The notes below the pieces were generated by a model. That model saw only the letters and a program-made list of their open reading frames with translations, did not search any database and was not told the DNA's origin. The translations under genes were made by a program, and so were the position numbers. This document shows, piece by piece, positions 59,963 through 64,000 of a DNA stretch of 64,000 bases. Within the stretch, counting starts at the first letter, position 1. Each line of letters opens with the position of its first letter. The stretch comes from Carpediemonas membranifera BICM (lineage: Eukaryota; Protista; Fornicata): NCBI GenBank assembly GCA_019828565.1, contig JAHDYR010000019.1, forward strand, positions 117,984 through 181,983, given 5' to 3'.

Positions 59963-61150
59963 ATGGGAGCAATGAAGAACGTGCCTACCGATCTCATCAT
60001 CAATGTTGCCTTTGCTGCTGGCCTCCTGTTCAACGGATGCTTCTCTACTATCTCTAGTAAGACCGCTTACCAGAGTTTTGCTGTTGGCATCGATAACGAG
60101 CGCCACGCTTTCAGCAAGCCTTGGTTCCAGACTCTCCTCATGTTCCTGGGCATGCTTGTCCTCCTTGTGATGTTTGTTTTTGAGAAGGTTCGCGAATATT
60201 ACGGCTTCCTCCACGCCGAAGACTTCAAGCAGAAGAACGCTGCTTTCTGGAAGTACATGGTCAAATCTAGCATCATCTTGATGGCCCCCGGCCTCTTCGA
60301 TCTCACCGCCACCGGTATCTCCTCTATGGGCCTCGCCAACCCTGAAGTTTCCTCCTCGGTCTACCAGATGCTTTCGGGCGCTGTCATGGTCTTCTCTGGT
60401 CTCCTCTCCATCATCTTCCTCAAGACCAAGCTCGCCTCCTTCCAGTGGATCGGCATCGTCTGCTGCTGCATCGGCCTCGCCCTCGTCGGTCTCGCTTCTT
60501 TCCTTCCCAAGCTCCTCTTCGGCGACGGCATCGGCGACGCCAAGTCCCTCTTCATCGGCATGTTCGACATCCTCCTCGCCCAGTTCCTGTGGTCCTGCCA
60601 GTTTGTTGTTGAGGAGTTCCTGCTCCAGACACTCGATGCCTCTGCCGCCCAGGTTGTCGGCATGGAGGGCCTCTATGGCACCATCATCATGTCCGTCCTC
60701 GTCCTGCCCGCCCTCAACATCCTCCCCGGCGCTGACGCCGGCAAGCAGGAGAACACGCTCGACACGTTCGTCATGCTGTGGAACCAGCCGCTCATCTGGA
60801 TCCCCAACCTCATGTTCCTCCTCGTAATCATCGGATACAATTGGTGCGGCCAGAGCGTCACCAAGCGGCTGTCGTGCGTCCACAGAACCATCCTCGAGGC
60901 CTGCCGTAGCCTCTTCGTTTGGGTCGTGTCGGTCGCCATCTTCTATTTCTGCAAGATCTTCGGCCTTGCCTCCTTTGGCGAGGGCCTGACGCTCTTCTCC
61001 ATCATCCAGCTGGCCGGGTTCATCGTACTGACCATCGGATCCCTCGTCCACAATGAGGTTATCAAGATCCCGGGGCTGCACTATGGCGAGGGCAGCTCCG
61101 CCGGAGACAAGGAGCCGCTCGTTGAGGAAGACGAGACCGCTCTTGAGTAA
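59963..61150 (+). CDS. SLC35F6: SLC35F6-like DMT-superfamily transporter
   Basis: FSKPWFQTLLMFLGM, PGLFDLTAT, SSVYQMLSGA, QFVVEE, VVGMEGLYG, SVTKRLS...RTILEACR. Confidence 0.85.
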   Translation: MGAMKNVPTDLIINVAFAAGLLFNGCFSTISSKTAYQSFAVGIDNERHAFSKPWFQTLLMFLGMLVLLVMFVFEKVREYYGFLHAEDFKQKNAAFWKYMVKSSIILMAPGLFDLTATGISSMGLANPEVSSSVYQMLSGAVMVFSGLLSIIFLKTKLASFQWIGIVCCCIGLALVGLASFLPKLLFGDGIGDAKSLFIGMFDILLAQFLWSCQFVVEEFLLQTLDASAAQVVGMEGLYGTIIMSVLVLPALNILPGADAGKQENTLDTFVMLWNQPLIWIPNLMFLLVIIGYNWCGQSVTKRLSCVHRTILEACRSLFVWVVSVAIFYFCKIFGLASFGEGLTLFSIIQLAGFIVLTIGSLVHNEVIKIPGLHYGEGSSAGDKEPLVEEDETALE

Positions 61151-61279
61151 AGGTGCCAAATTATTATCACATTCTGGGGGTTTGAAGGGTTGCGGACATG
61201 ATTTCGGGATTCTTCTTGTGCGGAATTGTCAGATTTGACACATCATCAAACAACGAGTAGCTCTCGCCATTGACCGATT

Positions 61280-62006
61280 ATGAATCAGAGCGTGCACGAT
61301 GGACTTGATGCGCATGATGAAGCACAGATGAACACATACTCACAGTTCGCATCCGTTCGGAGGAAGCGGACAAAGAAGGAGATCGACGCCACGTTCCAGG
61401 CGTTCACGTCTGACGAGTACGTACACCCCAGTTCTATTACACAGGATCACAGAGGACTTCTACTCACGCGATGACTGCATTGATACTCTCATCCCTGCAC
61501 TGAAGGAGCAAGTCCAGTCAAACCTTGAGGCTGAACAGGACGCCCTGTGGCGCTCCATCGGCGTACTCCTCAAGAACCTCCTCACACAAGCCAGCGCCCA
61601 CGGAAACCCCCTGGAGATCGACGTCACGCGCCTGGAGGACATGAAGGACATGCAAACAATCCAGCTCAACGGCACTGCGTCGCTAGCACCGCTCAGGAGC
61701 ACGTTGCCGTCACTCGGCCGTCCGGACACGAAGGTGTACGACAGGATTAACGTGCTTCAGGACGAAAACGCCCGCCTGAAGAAGGAGCTGCAGGGTGTGT
61801 CGGCCGAGAACACGGAGGGCGCCGCCGACCGCCAGAGCATGGCAGATATGCTGAAGAACAGCGAGGCGGAGGTCCAGGCGCTGAAGAAGGAGATGGATAA
61901 GCGTCTCCAGGAGCAGAAGCAGTTCCAACTGCTGCAACAGATGCTCAAGAAGAAGAGCGAGACCATCAAGGAGCTCCAGGCTAAGCTGGACGCGGTGCAG
62001 CTGTAA
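61280..62006 (+). CDS. LZTFL1: LZTFL1/BBS17 BBSome regulator; exons 61280-61416 and 61445-62006
   Basis: Y.QFA..RR.R....ID..F, then after splicing ITEDFYSRDD...LLKNLL.QA......LEIDVTRLED and a C-terminal coiled coil QFQ.L.QML.KK...IKEL. Confidence 0.8.
61417..61444 (+). other. Spliceosomal intron, 28 nt
   Basis: GTACGT...ATTACACAG; joins two ORFs in frame. Confidence 0.85.
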
Positions 62007-62165
62007 GATACGGATAAACACACGGGATGAGGTCGGCTGGAGACTACCACTGTGGGCTAGGGCGACAGCGGTAGGGGGCTAGTATACAGACTAGATGGGT
62101 GATGGGAGAGCTGTACATCTCATTTATGGTTCATATAACACTTTCGGACGACCAGAACAGACGAC

Positions 62166-62876
62166 ATGGTGAACTTCATCTCGCCCTCTATCCTGTCTAG
62201 CGACTTCGCCAATCTTGCTGAGGAGTGCTATAATGTTCTCAACGCCGGTGGCGACCGCCTTCACGTCGATGTTATGGTTTGTCCCTTTGATTCTCCAATA
62301 CTCACCTAGGACGGCCATTTTGTCCCTAACCTCACACTTGGAGCGCCCATTCTGAAGTCTCTCGTCAAGCGGATGAAGGAGAAGTATGCCACGAACGCGT
62401 ACTACGACTGCCACCTCATGGTCGCCGAGCCCGAGAAGTGGGTCAAGGACTTCGCCGCAGCCGGCGCTTCCATGTTCACCTTCCACATTGAGGCCACTAA
62501 GGACCCCGTGGCCCTTATTCAGACGATCCGTGGGCACGGCATGGCTGTCGGTGTGTCCATCAAGCCCGGCACCCCGCTCTCCGTTACGGCTGGCTTCGGC
62601 AAGACCGACATCCTCTCCATGGTTGACCTTGCCCTCGTCATGACTGTTGAGCCCGGGTTCGGTGGCCAGTCATTCATGGGTGACATGCTCGACAAAGTCC
62701 GCGAGATCCGAAAGCGTTACCCCGACCTCGAGATCCAGGTCGACGGCGGCGTCTCCGTAGACACCATCAAGCAGTGCGCTGAAGCTGGTGCCAACAACTT
62801 TGTGGCTGGTACTGCCATCTTCAAGGCCGAGGACTGGGCTGCGACCATCGCCGAGATGAAGGCTCTCGCTAAGTAG
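62166..62876 (+). CDS. RPE: Ribulose-phosphate 3-epimerase; exons 62166-62276 and 62310-62876
   Basis: [19 protein letters not shown]|[32 protein letters not shown]. Confidence 0.96.
62277..62309 (+). other. Spliceosomal intron, 33 nt
   Basis: GTTTGT...CTCACCTAG, interrupting the conserved HxDxMDG motif. Confidence 0.92.
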
Positions 62877-63019
62877 ATCTTGATGTTTAAAAGTTTATTA
62901 CTGCTGCGCTCGATTGCTCGGCTGACGAATCGCTCTTCCAGATGGTCGCGATTGGTACCGATTTGATGGCGTCAAGCAGCAGCGATTGCAAACGCTCTTG
63001 TCGAATCGAACTTACGGCC

Positions 63020-63766
63020 ATGGCGCGAACGTTCAAGGAATGGATTCGCTTCCTCGTGTTTTGGATTGATTTTGGCTTCCACTACCAGGTTTTGGCAACG
63101 GTGCTTTGCATTGCGCTCCTTCCTTTCCGTGGGGCTCGGAAAGCAACAATTGCGACACACAAGATCATCTTTAGCTGCTATTGGCCACAACTCACAGTTG
63201 TGAACGGTACTTTGGATGATTTCGAGAAGTTTGAAGGTGTCGTCGCAAGTTGCCACAAGGGCTTCTTCGATTTCTGCATCGGTGGCATGTACTCGAGTGC
63301 TTTCGTCGGCCGCATGCTCGCCGCCATCTGCGTCCCGTTCAACTCCGTCCTCACCTTCCTCGGCAGTGGCATGTACCTAGTCATCCGCCGCGGTAAGTTC
63401 CAGGAGGACCCGAACGCCCTCGTCAACAAGGTCAAGAAGTTCCTCGAGGACTATCCCAGGCTCCTGGTGTTCCCTGAAGGCCATAGGTTCCAGCAGCGCG
63501 GCCTTCTCCGGCTGAGGACCGGGTTCATCAGGATTTGCTACGGTCTGGGCGTCCCAGTGATGGTTGCCCCCATGGAGGGCAGCCAGAACATCATCAACGA
63601 AAAGACACTCACTATTCGCCGCGGGATGCCGCTCGTTCTTGTGCACGGTGGCGTGGTGAGCCCGGAAGACTATGATGACTGGAAGCCTTTCTATGAGGAG
63701 TTCAAAACCAGGTTCGAGAGGGCCTACGACGAGGCCTGCAGAGTCTACGATGAGCTCACGGCCTAA
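63020..63766 (+). CDS. plsC: PlsC-family glycerolipid acyltransferase (LPAAT-like)
   Basis: HxxxxD motif (CHKGFFD), VIRRG, LVFPEGHR, LRTGF; N-terminal hydrophobic segment. Likely start Met 63020. Confidence 0.85.
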   Translation: MARTFKEWIRFLVFWIDFGFHYQVLATVLCIALLPFRGARKATIATHKIIFSCYWPQLTVVNGTLDDFEKFEGVVASCHKGFFDFCIGGMYSSAFVGRMLAAICVPFNSVLTFLGSGMYLVIRRGKFQEDPNALVNKVKKFLEDYPRLLVFPEGHRFQQRGLLRLRTGFIRICYGLGVPVMVAPMEGSQNIINEKTLTIRRGMPLVLVHGGVVSPEDYDDWKPFYEEFKTRFERAYDEACRVYDELTA

Positions 63767-64000
63767 ATCGGCAGGCGGCGACTTATATTTTTAAACGAGT
63801 GTTGAGGCTTGCCCAGAGGATGAAAGCGTTGCAAGAGCTGGCAGGAGAGGACGATAGTCGCAAGGTCGGCTGAACACTCGGGTAGAGCTGGTGCGATGGT
63901 GCGTGTACGTAGCCGGGTATGTATTCGTGTATACTGATTGTCACAGGGCGGCGACTGTAGATGAGTCAAGCGACGGAATTCGGGAAATTCTCAGCAGGCA

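Noticed and set aside
59840-61159. 439-aa minus-strand ORF
   Set aside because: Antisense shadow of the SLC35F6-like gene.
1-64000. tRNA, rRNA, spliceosomal snRNA, CRISPR array or prokaryotic operon/defence system
   Set aside because: No cloverleaf around GTTCGA-like hits, no snRNA core motifs in intergenic DNA and no repeat-spacer array. The sequence is clearly eukaryotic.

Overview
Gene-dense eukaryotic DNA from a flagellated protist. It has about 36 protein-coding genes, mostly short intergenic spacers and ten ultra-short (28-41 nt) GT-AG introns. Gene content and intron form fit a free-living metamonad or fornicate such as Carpediemonas; this is inference, not a database match. Genes form a long minus-strand run (1-55.3 kb, 26 of 29 genes) and then an all-plus run (55.8-64 kb, 7 of 7). 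Recognisable genes: Pcf11-like, histidine acid phosphatase, CLN5, CLN3, TMEM17, bromodomain-ET protein, Polo kinase, single-domain NadE, Nbp35, CFAP58, PMCA, N-truncated Rpn7, Pescadillo, Rpt6, RPA43, MRH-domain receptor, DNAI1, importin-alpha, Sds3, a short eL36, MAK16, CFAP52-like, SLC35F6, LZTFL1, RPE and PlsC. Most interesting: (1) a lysosomal cluster placing CLN5 (BMP synthase) about 1.6 kb from CLN3 (glycerophosphodiester export) and near an acid phosphatase; (2) a plus-strand accessory island with an RLE-type retrotransposon remnant and a giant ankyrin-OTU-like protein; (3) two unidentified, highly foldable intergenic sequences flanking Pcf11, next to an orphan dsRBD gene; (4) an intron branch point fixed 6 nt from the 3' end. 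All family assignments come from motif recognition by eye, without database searches.
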